NCBI GenBank assembly: GCA_034722055.1
Contig: JAYENL010000281.1
Location: 1-59,209 of the forward strand
Source of the DNA: Armatimonadota bacterium
GTDB lineage: Bacteria > Armatimonadota > Zipacnadia > Zipacnadales > UBA5352
Direction: 5' to 3'
DNA: 59,209 bases
The notes below the pieces were generated by a model. The model had not been told where the DNA came from. It saw only the letters and a list, made by a program, of their open reading frames with translations, and did no database searches. Below, in pieces: positions 29,063-38,927 of the stretch (the first letter of the stretch is position 1; each line of letters begins with the position of its first letter). Made by a program: the position numbers and the translations under genes.

Positions 29063-30487
29063 TTATATCCGCCGGAGGGCCTCCGTGGGGTCGAGCTGCG
29101 CGGCGCGGCGGGATGCGGCCAGCCCGGCGACGGTGCCGATGATCAGCGCGGCGGCGATCCCAAGGATGAAGATGGTGCTCGACGGATTGGTGGTTAGCGG
29201 CAGGGCCAGCGGCGCCTCGGTCGTGGAGCATGGGGGGAAGTAGTTGAGGCTGGGAGGGAGGCTCAAGTCGGCGACCTGACCGTAGGCCCACCCGATGACG
29301 CTGCCGAGGATGCTGCCCAGCAGGCCGCCGCTGAGTGCGGCGTAGGCGGCCTCAGCCACGAACAGCCGGCCCACGTCGCTGTTGCGCCAGCCGATGGCCT
29401 TCATGACGCCGACCTCATGCACGCGCTGAGCGACGTTGTCCATGGCGTTGCGGACCAGCGCCAGCATCGCGAAAAGGAGGACGAAGGCCGAGACGGCCAG
29501 CAGAGAGTTGCGCGTCACCGAGGCGAGCGCGGCGGTCCCCGCCTCCACGTTGCTCTCTGTGGTGATCCTGGCGTGCTCGCCGATCAGCTCCTCAGCGTAC
29601 TCCGCCACCGCACGGCTGTCCCTGGTGCTCTTCAGGGAGACGAAGATGGTGTCCACGACCTCCCCCTTGCCGAACATCTCCTGAGCGGTGGCGAGCGGGA
29701 TGAAGGCCTCGGCCCCGGCGATGCGGGCGGTACCGCTGATGTCCACCAGACCCACGACCTCGAACTTGTGGTGCGGGCCCAGCGGCAGCATGTCCCCGAC
29801 CTCGAGGCCCTTCGCCTCCGCGTACTGCTCGGTGACCATGGCGTGGTAGTCGTCGCTGACGTGCAGGTAGCGGCCGTCGGTCACCGCACAGCAGGTCTGA
29901 TCCTCCTCGTCCCTATCCTCCACCTTGCCGAGACGCACCGGGCCGATGGTGCGCTTGGACGGATCGATGCCCGCGACGACAGTGGGCTGGAGGGTCTTCA
30001 TCTGACCGTCCTCGCCCATGACCATGGGCAGGCCCTGACCTCCGCTCGCGATCCGCCCGGCCCCGGCATCGCCGGCCGCCGACGCGGCAGCCGCTCCGGC
30101 AGGTGCGTCATCCGCCCGCTTGTCACCCGTGAAGGGCAGTTGGAGAGCGTCCGCCTGGCTCTCGGTGACACTGAAGGCCCACAGCTCCAGGACCCCGGAC
30201 GCCTCCTCGACACCCTCGTGCTCTCGGAGACGCTCGACCATCTCCGCATCGATAGCGTCCAGGTCTGGAGGGAGCTTCACCAGCCGGAAGGGGCAGGCCT
30301 TCACCCACTTCTGCACGACCATGTCGGCGCCGGCAGCGGCAAGCGCCGAGGAGATGGCGTTCTCGACGGACTGCGTGACCGTCACCACCGCCACCAGCAG
30401 GGCCACGCTCAATGCCACGCCGGCGACGACCATCGTGCTGCGCGTGCGCCGCCGCCAGAAGCTTTTCCATGCATATTGCAGCAACAT
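29063..30487 (-). CDS. ABC transporter permease (FtsX/MacB type)
   Basis: AWKSFWRRRTRS + TM, large periplasmic domain, QRVHEVGVMKAIGW, AAQLDPTEALR. Confidence 0.9.
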   Translation of the reverse strand: MLLQYAWKSFWRRRTRSTMVVAGVALSVALLVAVVTVTQSVENAISSALAAAGADMVVQKWVKACPFRLVKLPPDLDAIDAEMVERLREHEGVEEASGVLELWAFSVTESQADALQLPFTGDKRADDAPAGAAAASAAGDAGAGRIASGGQGLPMVMGEDGQMKTLQPTVVAGIDPSKRTIGPVRLGKVEDRDEEDQTCCAVTDGRYLHVSDDYHAMVTEQYAEAKGLEVGDMLPLGPHHKFEVVGLVDISGTARIAGAEAFIPLATAQEMFGKGEVVDTIFVSLKSTRDSRAVAEYAEELIGEHARITTESNVEAGTAALASVTRNSLLAVSAFVLLFAMLALVRNAMDNVAQRVHEVGVMKAIGWRNSDVGRLFVAEAAYAALSGGLLGSILGSVIGWAYGQVADLSLPPSLNYFPPCSTTEAPLALPLTTNPSSTIFILGIAAALIIGTVAGLAASRRAAQLDPTEALRRI

Positions 30488-30652
30488 TCGAATCCCGCGC
30501 CTGATGAGGCCGGAATAGTTACCGCCTGAACGTAGCTCCTCTATTGTGCTAAACGTCCTGGCGCCGTGGTTCGGTTCCATTCCGACGCGGCTGTCAAGAC
30601 CTGGGGGCGGCGGCTCCTGGGGAAGGGCAGCCTGCGGGCACTTCTGCCCGTG

Positions 30653-30776
30653 GTGCGGAGGCCCTCCTCCGCACGCCGTTTGCCGGTGCCGGGCTGGAAG
30701 CCCGGCCTATGCGAAGCCTGGAGTGCCAGACAACGGTCGGGCCGGGCCGGAGACCGGCCTCTCCAAACGGCACGAC
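30653..30776. repeat. Mosaic REP-like element
   Basis: GTGCGGAGG-ccct-CCTCCGCAC, GCCGGGC-tggaa-GCCCGGC-CTAT and ...CTCCAAACGGCACGAC, shared with the 26.6-kb and 34-kb copies. Confidence 0.75.
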
Positions 30777-30898
30777 AGCGAACGCGGAACGCAGGTGCTG
30801 AGCGCACCTCGGCGAAAACGCCTCAACGCATAGGAGGCTAATGTGACGAGGGCCGACTTCTGGTGCAAGACTCAGCTTCGGGCGAGAGGACGAAGAGG

Positions 30899-32218
30899 AT
30901 GAGAGCGATTGCTGTTGAGCAGCGGCGAGCCCTGTGGCTGTGCATTGCGGTCGCGCTGGCGATCCCGGGCGTCTTCGCACAGGAGCAGCAAGCCGCCACG
31001 CGAGCCACCATTCGTGCCGACGGCACGCTGCTGGTCGATGACCGTCCGGTCTTCCCGGTCGGCATGCACACCGAGGATGCAGCCTCCATCGGACAGGTCG
31101 CCGACGCCGGCTTCAACCTGGTCTCGGGGACCGGCGAGTGGGATGCCGAGCACTACAAGGCGGCGGCCGAGAGCGAGCTGCTGATCCTGGGCGGGCACTA
31201 CGTGTGGGCGACCTTCGCCTCATTCCGCACCGGCGGGGGCATCGACCTGCGGCCCAGCGAGGAGGCCGGCGTGCAGAATGTGCTGACGCATGGACGCGAC
31301 CAGTCCTGGCGGATGCCGCTGGATACGCTGCGGGCCTTCGACCACCTCCCCGGCGTCATCGGCTGGCGGACGAACGAGGAGCCGGAGGCGAAGCTGGTGG
31401 AGTATATGGAGTACGCCTACGAGATCTTCAAGTCCAACAGCCCCGGCCACCTGGTGGTGACGCTCTCGTGCGATCCGCGCTGGTTCCACGCCTTCCGCAA
31501 CACCGCTGACGTGCTGGTGTTCGACAACTACCCGTATCGGGGCGGGAGGGGGCCCAAGCGCGCGCTGCTGGAGACCTACGAGTGGACGCGGGAGGGCGTC
31601 GAGGCCATGGAGGGCAAGGCCGTGTGGCTGATGCCCCAGCTCATCCCGCCGTCCCGCTGGTCGCTCGACCCCGAGGATGAGCTGTCCCTGCAGCAGATGC
31701 GGCTGCAGAACTACGCCGGCCTCATCGCCGGCGCGAAGGGCGTCATCATGTACAGCTACGGCTCCTTCCCGCTTGTCTACGAGCGTGACCAGGACGGGAA
31801 CAGGGCCAGCCGGCCCGCCAGCGACGAGGTGATGCGCCAGCGCTGGGACAGAGTCAGCGCGCTCGTGGGCGAGCTCAATGAGCTGGGTCCCATCATCTGC
31901 GACGCTCGGCCGACTCAGGAGCTTGACATCCGGTGGACTGAGCCGGGGAGCCTGGGGCCCGGGCCGCAGATGACCCGGGAGCTGGACCTGTACGGGAGGA
32001 AGTACCTGCTGGTGGCGAACGTCCTGGACGTGCCGCTGGTCGGCACGGTCTACGGCATCAACGGCGGCAACAGGCGGGCCTACGACGCCTCCGTCTGGCT
32101 CGGTGAGGGGGACCTGTCCGTCAGCGCGGAGAGGCCCGGGGAGCCCACTATCACCGTCGCTGCGCAGGGCGCCGGGGTCTTCGTGCTGACGCGACGTCCC
32201 GTCACCACCGCCGAGTAG
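30899..32218 (+). CDS. Secreted glycoside-hydrolase-like hypothetical protein
   Basis: Signal peptide, [46 protein letters not shown]. Confidence 0.65.
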   Translation: MRAIAVEQRRALWLCIAVALAIPGVFAQEQQAATRATIRADGTLLVDDRPVFPVGMHTEDAASIGQVADAGFNLVSGTGEWDAEHYKAAAESELLILGGHYVWATFASFRTGGGIDLRPSEEAGVQNVLTHGRDQSWRMPLDTLRAFDHLPGVIGWRTNEEPEAKLVEYMEYAYEIFKSNSPGHLVVTLSCDPRWFHAFRNTADVLVFDNYPYRGGRGPKRALLETYEWTREGVEAMEGKAVWLMPQLIPPSRWSLDPEDELSLQQMRLQNYAGLIAGAKGVIMYSYGSFPLVYERDQDGNRASRPASDEVMRQRWDRVSALVGELNELGPIICDARPTQELDIRWTEPGSLGPGPQMTRELDLYGRKYLLVANVLDVPLVGTVYGINGGNRRAYDASVWLGEGDLSVSAERPGEPTITVAAQGAGVFVLTRRPVTTAE

Positions 32219-32418
32219 GCGTTCCGGCGGCAGCCGCGCCCGCCGGGGCCGCGGCCTGCAACCGAAGAAGTGCTTGCCGAAATCCGGAGAGTGTGATACG
32301 GTATCGCCAGTATAAGGCGGGAATACCGCCCGGGAGTGTCATTGTTCGAGTCGCTGGTTGCCTGTCTCCTGGCGGACGAACAAGGATACTGCGTAGAATC
32401 ACCACGGAGGCAAGACGC

Positions 32419-32655
32419 ATGGCGACCGGAACGGTCAAATGGTTCGACGACGCAAAGGGCTACGGTTTCATCGAGCGCGAGGAGGGCGAAGACGTATTCG
32501 TGCACTACTCTGCGATCGCCGGCGAGGGCTATAAGAGCCTCGCTGAGGGAGCCGAAGTCGAGTTCGAGGTCGAGGACGATCCCAAGGGCCCGCGGGCTGT
32601 CGATGTCGTTGTGATCAGCGCGGGGGCAGGTTCGGACTCGGCGGACATGTGGTAA
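32419..32655 (+). CDS. csp: Cold-shock protein
   Basis: [43 protein letters not shown]. Confidence 0.95.
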   Translation: MATGTVKWFDDAKGYGFIEREEGEDVFVHYSAIAGEGYKSLAEGAEVEFEVEDDPKGPRAVDVVVISAGAGSDSADMW

Positions 32656-32676
32656 TCGCCTCACTGGCGAGTAGCG

Positions 32677-32703
32677 GCGCCCGGCTGAGAGGCCGGGCGC
32701 TTT
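32677..32703 (+). terminator. Probable intrinsic terminator after csp
   Basis: GCGCCCGGCT-GAGA-GGCCGGGCGC followed by TTT (short U-tract). Confidence 0.55.
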
Positions 32704-32926
32704 CCCGTGTGTGCCGCTGGCGCCGCCCGCCAGGATCGTCCCCTTCCGGCCGCTGCCCCGCGGAGTGTTGACACGCCTTCCGCTCCTCGCCCCGCCCAAC
32801 GGCCTTGCCGTGCACGCCGTCCCCCTGGCCGGCCTTCTCGCGCAGGTGCCGTTGCCACGGCGCGGAAAGGGGTAGCGCAGCTTCCCACCATCTGCCTTCA
32901 CGGCCAGAAGCAAAGGCGGGCGGACG

Positions 32927-33988
32927 ATGCCGGTAACCGGGCGTGAGCGCATCCTGACGGCGCTGGATGGCGGGAGGCCGGACCGCGTGCCTCGCGCTCT
33001 GGGCTTCTCCCGTGTGGACCTCGAGGCGCTGGCTCCGCCCGATCAGTATCGAGACGACCTGGTGGACGTGCGGTTCATCCGCTTCGGCGAGAGCCCCGGG
33101 GATGAACAGCTGCGCCGGCTGGTCCGCACGGCCCCGGTGGACACGCACCTGGGGACCCCCGCGCAGATCACTAACTACGCCCGCTGGGAGTACCATCCTG
33201 AGAGCGCGGAGCGGCGCAACCCGCTGGCTCGCGCGCGCTCGCTGCAGGAGCTGCGTGACTTCCCGTTTCCCGACGCCGGCGCGCCGGATGACGTGGGGCA
33301 CATGGCTCGGCAGGTGCGCGAGCTGCACGAGCGCGGGCTGGCCGCCGGCGGATCGCTGCCTCATCTGGGCGGGGAGCTGTTCGAGCCCGCCTGGCGGCTG
33401 CGGGGCCTGCGCAACTTCCTTCTCGACCTCGTTGAGCGCCCGGACTGGGCGCATCTGCTGCTGGACCGGCTGGCCGGGCTGGCCCGCGCCAAGGCCCAGG
33501 CTCTGGCGCGAGCCGGCGTGGACGTGTTGTCGCTGGGTGATGACGTGGGCATGCCGAGGTCGATGATGATCGGTCCGGCCCAGTGGGGGGAGTTCTTCAA
33601 GCCGCGGATGGCGTCGATCATCGAGGCCGCGCGGGCCATCAAGGCCGACCTCCGGGTGCTGTATCACAGCGACGGCTTCTACGAGCCCATCATTGGGGAC
33701 TTGATTGACGTCGGCGTGGACGCCATCAATCCGGTGCAGCCCGAGCACATGGACGCGGCGCGCATCCGGCGCCGATTCGGCACGCGAGTGGCCCTGTGGG
33801 GGACGGTGGGGCATCACAGCACGCTGGTGCTGGGCGCGCCCGAGGACATTCGCCGCGAGGTGCGCCGGCGCATCGAGAGCCTCGGCCGCGCGGGGCTGAT
33901 CCTGTGCCCGGCCTACGATATCTGGCCCGACATCCCCTGGGCCAACGTGGCGGCCTTCCTCGACGCCGTCGAGATGTACGGGAGGTAG
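32927..33988 (+). CDS. Uroporphyrinogen decarboxylase family (UROD/MtaA-like) protein
   Basis: TGRERIL.AL...PDRVP, LRGL.NFL.DL, GDDVG, YHSDG, INPVQPE, LWGTV, GLILCPAY. Confidence 0.88.
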   Translation: MPVTGRERILTALDGGRPDRVPRALGFSRVDLEALAPPDQYRDDLVDVRFIRFGESPGDEQLRRLVRTAPVDTHLGTPAQITNYARWEYHPESAERRNPLARARSLQELRDFPFPDAGAPDDVGHMARQVRELHERGLAAGGSLPHLGGELFEPAWRLRGLRNFLLDLVERPDWAHLLLDRLAGLARAKAQALARAGVDVLSLGDDVGMPRSMMIGPAQWGEFFKPRMASIIEAARAIKADLRVLYHSDGFYEPIIGDLIDVGVDAINPVQPEHMDAARIRRRFGTRVALWGTVGHHSTLVLGAPEDIRREVRRRIESLGRAGLILCPAYDIWPDIPWANVAAFLDAVEMYGR

Positions 33989-34015
33989 TGCTGGCGAGCG
34001 TGCCCGATACAACGA

Positions 34016-34236
34016 CCGGGCCGGGACGGAGACCGGCCCCTCCAAACGGCACGACAAACGACGCCGTTCCGTGCTGCGGAGGCCCTCCTCCGCACGCCGT
34101 TTGTCGTTGTCGGTGAGATCGCTTGCGATCTCCGGAAGCCAGACCTACGCGAAGGATGGAGCCTACGCCAAGGATAGAGCCCGCGACAACGGCCGGGCGC
34201 GAGCGCAGTCGCGCCCCCCCAAACGGCACGACAACG
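34016..34236. repeat. Mosaic REP-like element containing a nested hairpin insertion
   Basis: Same modules as 26623-26995 and 30653-30776. The GTAG-REP is interrupted by GAGATCGC-tt-GCGATCTC at 34115-34132. Confidence 0.8.
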
Positions 34237-34279
34237 ACCGGAGCGCGAGGGAGACGATCGATCGGAAGGAGTGATCGCG

Positions 34280-35077
34280 ATGCGGCTGGTGTTGGTGGGG
34301 GCGGCCATGTGCCTGCCTCTGATGGCCTGCGCTGAGGAGAACCTGGTCAGCAATCCGGGCTTCGAGCAGGGCGCTGAGCGATGGGGGCTGATCAACAACT
34401 GGTACGCGCCGGAGGGCAAGCAGGCCAGCCCCGGCGTCATCGACGACGCGGCCGCTCACTCCGGCAGGGCGTCGCTGCGGATCGACGGGCAGGGGAGCCG
34501 CGGCCTGGCGATCCAGTCGCCGGTCCCGGTGGAGGCGGGACAGAAGTACCGGCTGAGCTGCTGGATGCGCGGGGAGAGCATGGGCGAGGTGAGGGCGGGG
34601 CCGCTGATCGAGTTCTGGAGCGAGGAGCAGGGGCATCTGGGCGGGAAGTTCATCGCCCGTGAGGTCCCTGCGCAGTGGGAGCGCCTCTCGGAGGTCACCT
34701 ACGCTCCGGTGGGCTCGGATTACGCGAAGATCATGTGCGCGACGCAGACGGAGAACGAGGGCCGCGTGTGGTTCGACGACGTCGGCGTCAGCGCGGCTGT
34801 GCCGCCGCCCCCGGTGCATCCGGAGCTCGCCGATGACACGCTGGTGTGGGAGGACTATGAGGCGCCACCGTCGGTGGCCTACTACCGAGTCTATGCCTCC
34901 GAACAGCCCTTCGAGAGCGTGGCGCTGATGACGGCCGCCGAGTGGCTCCCCGCCGACTCTCGGTCGCTGAGCATGGCGCGCGTCGGCGCCGACGCGCAGT
35001 GGGTGGCGGTGGTGGCCGTGGATGAGGACGACATGGAGAACCCACGCGTTGAGCCAGTCGAGGTGAGGCCGCAATGA
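34280..35077 (+). CDS. Secreted CBM4/9-like domain protein with C-terminal FN3-like domain
   Basis: Signal peptide, NLVSNPGFE...WFDDV, W....YYRVY...VVAVD..MEN. Confidence 0.7.
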   Translation: MRLVLVGAAMCLPLMACAEENLVSNPGFEQGAERWGLINNWYAPEGKQASPGVIDDAAAHSGRASLRIDGQGSRGLAIQSPVPVEAGQKYRLSCWMRGESMGEVRAGPLIEFWSEEQGHLGGKFIAREVPAQWERLSEVTYAPVGSDYAKIMCATQTENEGRVWFDDVGVSAAVPPPPVHPELADDTLVWEDYEAPPSVAYYRVYASEQPFESVALMTAAEWLPADSRSLSMARVGADAQWVAVVAVDEDDMENPRVEPVEVRPQ

Positions 35078-37332
35078 GAACTACCTGGCTGCTGGCGCTG
35101 TTGATGGCGCTTGCCGCCTCCGGGACGGCCCACGCCGCGGTTCGGGTGTGGGTGCCGGACGCGCTGAAGAAGATCCTGCCCGACACAGAGCCGCCCTCGG
35201 CGCCGGCGCTGGCTGCCGAGCTGTCGGCGGCGCTCGGCGAGTACGAGAGCATCCAGGTGGCCGTGCGCGCGGATGCGCCGGGAGAGTCGGTCACCGCCGA
35301 GATCTCGCCGCTGCGCTGCGAGGGCAGGGCGATTGCGGGCGACGACCTGACGGTCAACGTGGTGGGGCTGGTGCCGGTGGAGGAGAACACCGACGGCACG
35401 CCGCCAGAGGAGCTGATCGGCGCGCCGTGCGAGATCCCCGATCCCCTGCTGCCGAACCAGCCGCTGGACCTGGAGCCGGGCAGGACGCGCTGCTTCTGGT
35501 TCACCGTCCGCGTGCCTCGTGACGCCCAGCCGGGCCGCTACGAGGGTCACATAACCGTGCGGGCAGACCGGGAGGTCGAGCTCCCCGTCACGCTCACCGT
35601 GCATCCGGTCACGCTGCCGCGTCACAGGCCCCTGCACATGACCAACTGGTTCTCGGCCGGCTCGCTGGCAAGCTGGTACGAGCTGGAGTCCTGGTCTGAC
35701 GAGCACTGGGAGATGATCCGCCGCTACGCTCAGGACATGGCCGAGCACGGCCAGGACACCATCATCGTGGGCCTGGGGCTGGTGGAGATCTGGCAGGAGC
35801 GGGACGGGAGCCTCAGCTTTGACTTCGAGCGCTTCGACCGCTACATCGACACCTTCCGGGAGGCCGGCGTGGATCAGCTCATCGAGCTGGGGCACGTGGG
35901 CAGTCGCGGGCCGGGGGGCTGGACGGCTGAGGAGATGGTCTTCCACGACTGGAAGGTCACCGTGCGCGAGGGCGCGGAGCCGAGGGAGCTCTCACGCGAG
36001 GAGAAGACTAGGGCGCTGGTGCACGCCATCCAGGAGCACCTGCGGGAGCGGGGCCTGCTGGACCGGGCGATGATCCACATCGCCGATGAGCCCATCCCGG
36101 TGAACCTGGAGTCCTGGATCGAGAAGAGCCGCATCGTGCACGAGGCTGCGCCCGAGCTGCGCCGCATCGACGCCATCCACGTGCGCGACTGCCGCGGCGA
36201 GCTGGAGATCTACTGCCCCGAACTGGGGTACTTCGACCGCTGGTACGATCACTACGCAAAGCTGCAGCAGCAGGGGCTCCTCGAGCTATGGTTCTACACC
36301 TGCTGCCACCCCCGCGGCCTCTACGCCAACCGCTTCATCGACTACCCGCTCATCAAGACCCGGCTGCTGCACTGGATGAACTACCTCTACGACGCGCGCG
36401 GCTACCTGCACTGGGGGCCGAACCGGTGGAACGAGAGGCCCTTTGAGGATCCGGTTGTTGATGATCTGCCGCCGGGCGACGCCTGGATCGTGTACCCCGG
36501 CGAGGACGGGCCGCTCAGCTCCGTGCGCTGGGAGGCCCTGCGCGACGGCGTGGAGGACTTCGAGCTGCTGTGGCTCCTGGAGCAACGCCAGCGTGACGCC
36601 GCCCGCCGCCTGGGGGTGGCAGATGACGGGTGGGATGCCACGGGCATGGGCAAGCGCATCGCCAGGCGGCTGATCCGGACGCTGACCGACTACACCGACG
36701 ATCCGGGCGAGCTGCGCCTGGCGCGCGAGCGGGTCTTCACCGCCATCCGTGAGAGCGAGAAGCCGCCGCTGCTGGTGGCAAAGGTCGATCCGCAGCCGGG
36801 CGGGCACGTCGCTCCCGGGCCGGTTCTCGTGGCCGGCGCCGCGGAGCGGGAGGCCACCGTCAGGGTGAATGAAGAGCCGGTTGAGGTTGACGGGCGGAGG
36901 AGGTTCCGCACCACTGTCCAGATCTCCCGAGAGGAGCCGTCGGTGACGCTCACCGCGACCCTCCGCCGCCATCGCAAGCGCATCGACTGGACCTACGACG
37001 TCGCCGATGCCGAGACCGTGCTGCTGGAGGAGACCATCGACGAGGCGGAGGCCGCCGGGGTGGACTGCAGCCGCGCCAGGGACGTGGTCGGCGAGCATCT
37101 CGCCGCACTCGAGACCGGTGCCGCGGCGCGCATCGAGCAGTCGCGAGAGGACGTGCGGGCCGCCATCGACGAGCTTCGCGCAGCGGAGCTGAACGCGCGG
37201 ATCGAGCAGCTCCCGGATGAGGCGCGGGAGACTGAGGCCTTCGAGCGGCTTATCGACGCCAAGCGGCTGAAGGATTACGCGGCGGCGAAAGAGATCCTGT
37301 CCGAGATCGACGAGGTGACTGGCAAAGAGTAG
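35074..37332 (+). CDS. Secreted DUF4091/GH123-like glycoside hydrolase
   Basis: GEYESIQV, W.TV.VP.DA.PG.Y.G, IADEP, WFYTCC.P, GYLHWG, PGD.WIVYP, SSVRWEALRDG.EDFELL. Confidence 0.8.
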   Translation: MRTTWLLALLMALAASGTAHAAVRVWVPDALKKILPDTEPPSAPALAAELSAALGEYESIQVAVRADAPGESVTAEISPLRCEGRAIAGDDLTVNVVGLVPVEENTDGTPPEELIGAPCEIPDPLLPNQPLDLEPGRTRCFWFTVRVPRDAQPGRYEGHITVRADREVELPVTLTVHPVTLPRHRPLHMTNWFSAGSLASWYELESWSDEHWEMIRRYAQDMAEHGQDTIIVGLGLVEIWQERDGSLSFDFERFDRYIDTFREAGVDQLIELGHVGSRGPGGWTAEEMVFHDWKVTVREGAEPRELSREEKTRALVHAIQEHLRERGLLDRAMIHIADEPIPVNLESWIEKSRIVHEAAPELRRIDAIHVRDCRGELEIYCPELGYFDRWYDHYAKLQQQGLLELWFYTCCHPRGLYANRFIDYPLIKTRLLHWMNYLYDARGYLHWGPNRWNERPFEDPVVDDLPPGDAWIVYPGEDGPLSSVRWEALRDGVEDFELLWLLEQRQRDAARRLGVADDGWDATGMGKRIARRLIRTLTDYTDDPGELRLARERVFTAIRESEKPPLLVAKVDPQPGGHVAPGPVLVAGAAEREATVRVNEEPVEVDGRRRFRTTVQISREEPSVTLTATLRRHRKRIDWTYDVADAETVLLEETIDEAEAAGVDCSRARDVVGEHLAALETGAAARIEQSREDVRAAIDELRAAELNARIEQLPDEARETEAFERLIDAKRLKDYAAAKEILSEIDEVTGKE

Positions 37333-37401
37333 CTGGGCACGTGCGTCCCTGCACTACCGACTGCGGGCGGGCCGATGGAGCATCGCTGGTTGCCCGTCGT
37401 C

Positions 37402-37492
37402 TGGAGGGGCCGGTCTGTGTCCTGGCCCGGTCGTTGGCCTTCGCGAGGTGTGCAGAAGAACGGCGGGCCGGACAGTGGTCCGGCCCCTCCAT
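37402..37492. repeat. Inverted pair of GGAG-type REP-like palindromes
   Basis: GGAGGGGCCGG...CCTGGCCC and GGGCCGGAC...GTCCGGCCCCTCC in opposite orientation. Confidence 0.55.
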
Positions 37493-37639
37493 ACGACGAA
37501 CGGCGATGGCCGGCGGGGGCGGCGGCTTCCCACCTCGGTCTGCGAGCTCCCTTCAACCTGCTTCGCCACAGGCAACGTGGAGGTGTAGGGCATCGGTCTG
37601 CTGAGCGGATGGTCTGACGCGCGTGGGCGCAGGCTCGGT

Positions 37640-38923
37640 GTGGGCTGCGTGATGCTCGGTCTCATGCTGGCGGCCGTGCTGGCATCGTGTCAGCCTGAGA
37701 AGCCGTCCGCGGCGCCGCCGGTACCCGCGCACGTCCCGCCGCACGATCCCGGCCCCATCACGCAGTGGCCGCGCTTCCGGGGGGTGCAGGGAGCGGGGAT
37801 CGCGCAGTTTGCCGACCTTCCAGTGACCTGGGACGCAGCCACCGGCGAGAACGTGAGCTGGCAGACGCCGCTGCCGCTGCCGGGCGCGAACTCGGCGGTC
37901 GTCTGGGAGGACCGGGTGTTCGTGACCGGCGCGGACGAGAGGCGGCGGGAGGTCTACTGCCTGGATGCGGAGACCGGGCGGACGCTGTGGACGACGCCCG
38001 TGGCCGAGGACTACACCGGGGGCCCGCCGCGGACGCACCATATGACCGGCTACGCGGCGCCGACCGGGACCACCGACGGGGAGCGCGTCTACGAGGTATT
38101 CCCGACGGGGCACGTGGTGGCGCTGGACTTCGAGGGCCGGCAGGTGTGGCGGCGGCACTTCGACATGACCGAGGACATCTACGGCCACGCCTCATCGCTG
38201 GTGCACCATGACGGGCTGCTCTACGTGCAGATCGACCTCGGGAAACCCGACATCGGCAAGTCGCACATGGTGGCGCTGGAGGCGGAGACGGGCGAGACCG
38301 TGTGGGACATTCATCGGCCGGTGCAGGGCTCGTGGACGACGCCCATCGTCATCGACACCGGTGAGCGCCAGGAGCTGATCACCAGCGCGAAGCCGTGGGT
38401 GATCGCCTACGACCTGGCGAGCGGCGAGGAGCTGTGGCGAGTGCGGTGCGTGGAGGGCGATTCTGCGCCGTCGCCCATCTACGCCAACGGGCATATCTAC
38501 GTGGCGAACATCTACGCGGAGCTGACCGCGATTCGCCCGGGCGGCTCCGGCGACGTGACCGGCACGCACGTGAGCTGGTCGAAGCCGGGGCGGCTGCCGG
38601 ACATCACCAGTCCGCTGAGCGACGGGGAGCTGGTCTGGACGCTCTCGACGGGGGGCGTGCTGAGCTGCTATGACGCCGACGACGGGGCGCTGCAGTTCGC
38701 GGAGCGGCTGGGTGGGCGCTTCCGCTCATCGCCCTCGCTGGTGGGGGATCGGGTCTACCTCATCAGCGAGTCCGGCGACGGGCTCGTCGTGGCCGCGGAG
38801 CGCCAGCTCCGCAAGCTCTCCACGGCGCGCTTGGGCGAGCCCGTCTACTCCTCCCCGGCCTTCGCGCACGGGCGGATGTACGTCCGAGGCCTGCGACATC
38901 TGTTCTGCGTCTCGGAGGGCTGA
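37640..38923 (+). CDS. PQQ-like beta-propeller (BamB-like) lipoprotein
   Basis: LASC lipobox, WPRFRG, NVSWQTPLP, repeated L(D/E)AETG..(L/V)W, SSP motifs. Confidence 0.85.
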   Translation: MGCVMLGLMLAAVLASCQPEKPSAAPPVPAHVPPHDPGPITQWPRFRGVQGAGIAQFADLPVTWDAATGENVSWQTPLPLPGANSAVVWEDRVFVTGADERRREVYCLDAETGRTLWTTPVAEDYTGGPPRTHHMTGYAAPTGTTDGERVYEVFPTGHVVALDFEGRQVWRRHFDMTEDIYGHASSLVHHDGLLYVQIDLGKPDIGKSHMVALEAETGETVWDIHRPVQGSWTTPIVIDTGERQELITSAKPWVIAYDLASGEELWRVRCVEGDSAPSPIYANGHIYVANIYAELTAIRPGGSGDVTGTHVSWSKPGRLPDITSPLSDGELVWTLSTGGVLSCYDADDGALQFAERLGGRFRSSPSLVGDRVYLISESGDGLVVAAERQLRKLSTARLGEPVYSSPAFAHGRMYVRGLRHLFCVSEG

Positions 38924-38927
38924 GAGG

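Noticed and set aside
23553..30487. Selenoprotein read-through in the Cys-rich cluster
   Set aside because: All five ORFs are open at plausible full length, with no in-frame TGA at a Cys-like position.
30501..30531. Hammerhead-like core CTGATGAG...GAAC
   Set aside because: Stem II is mismatched, GAAA is not intact, and no stems I/III were found.
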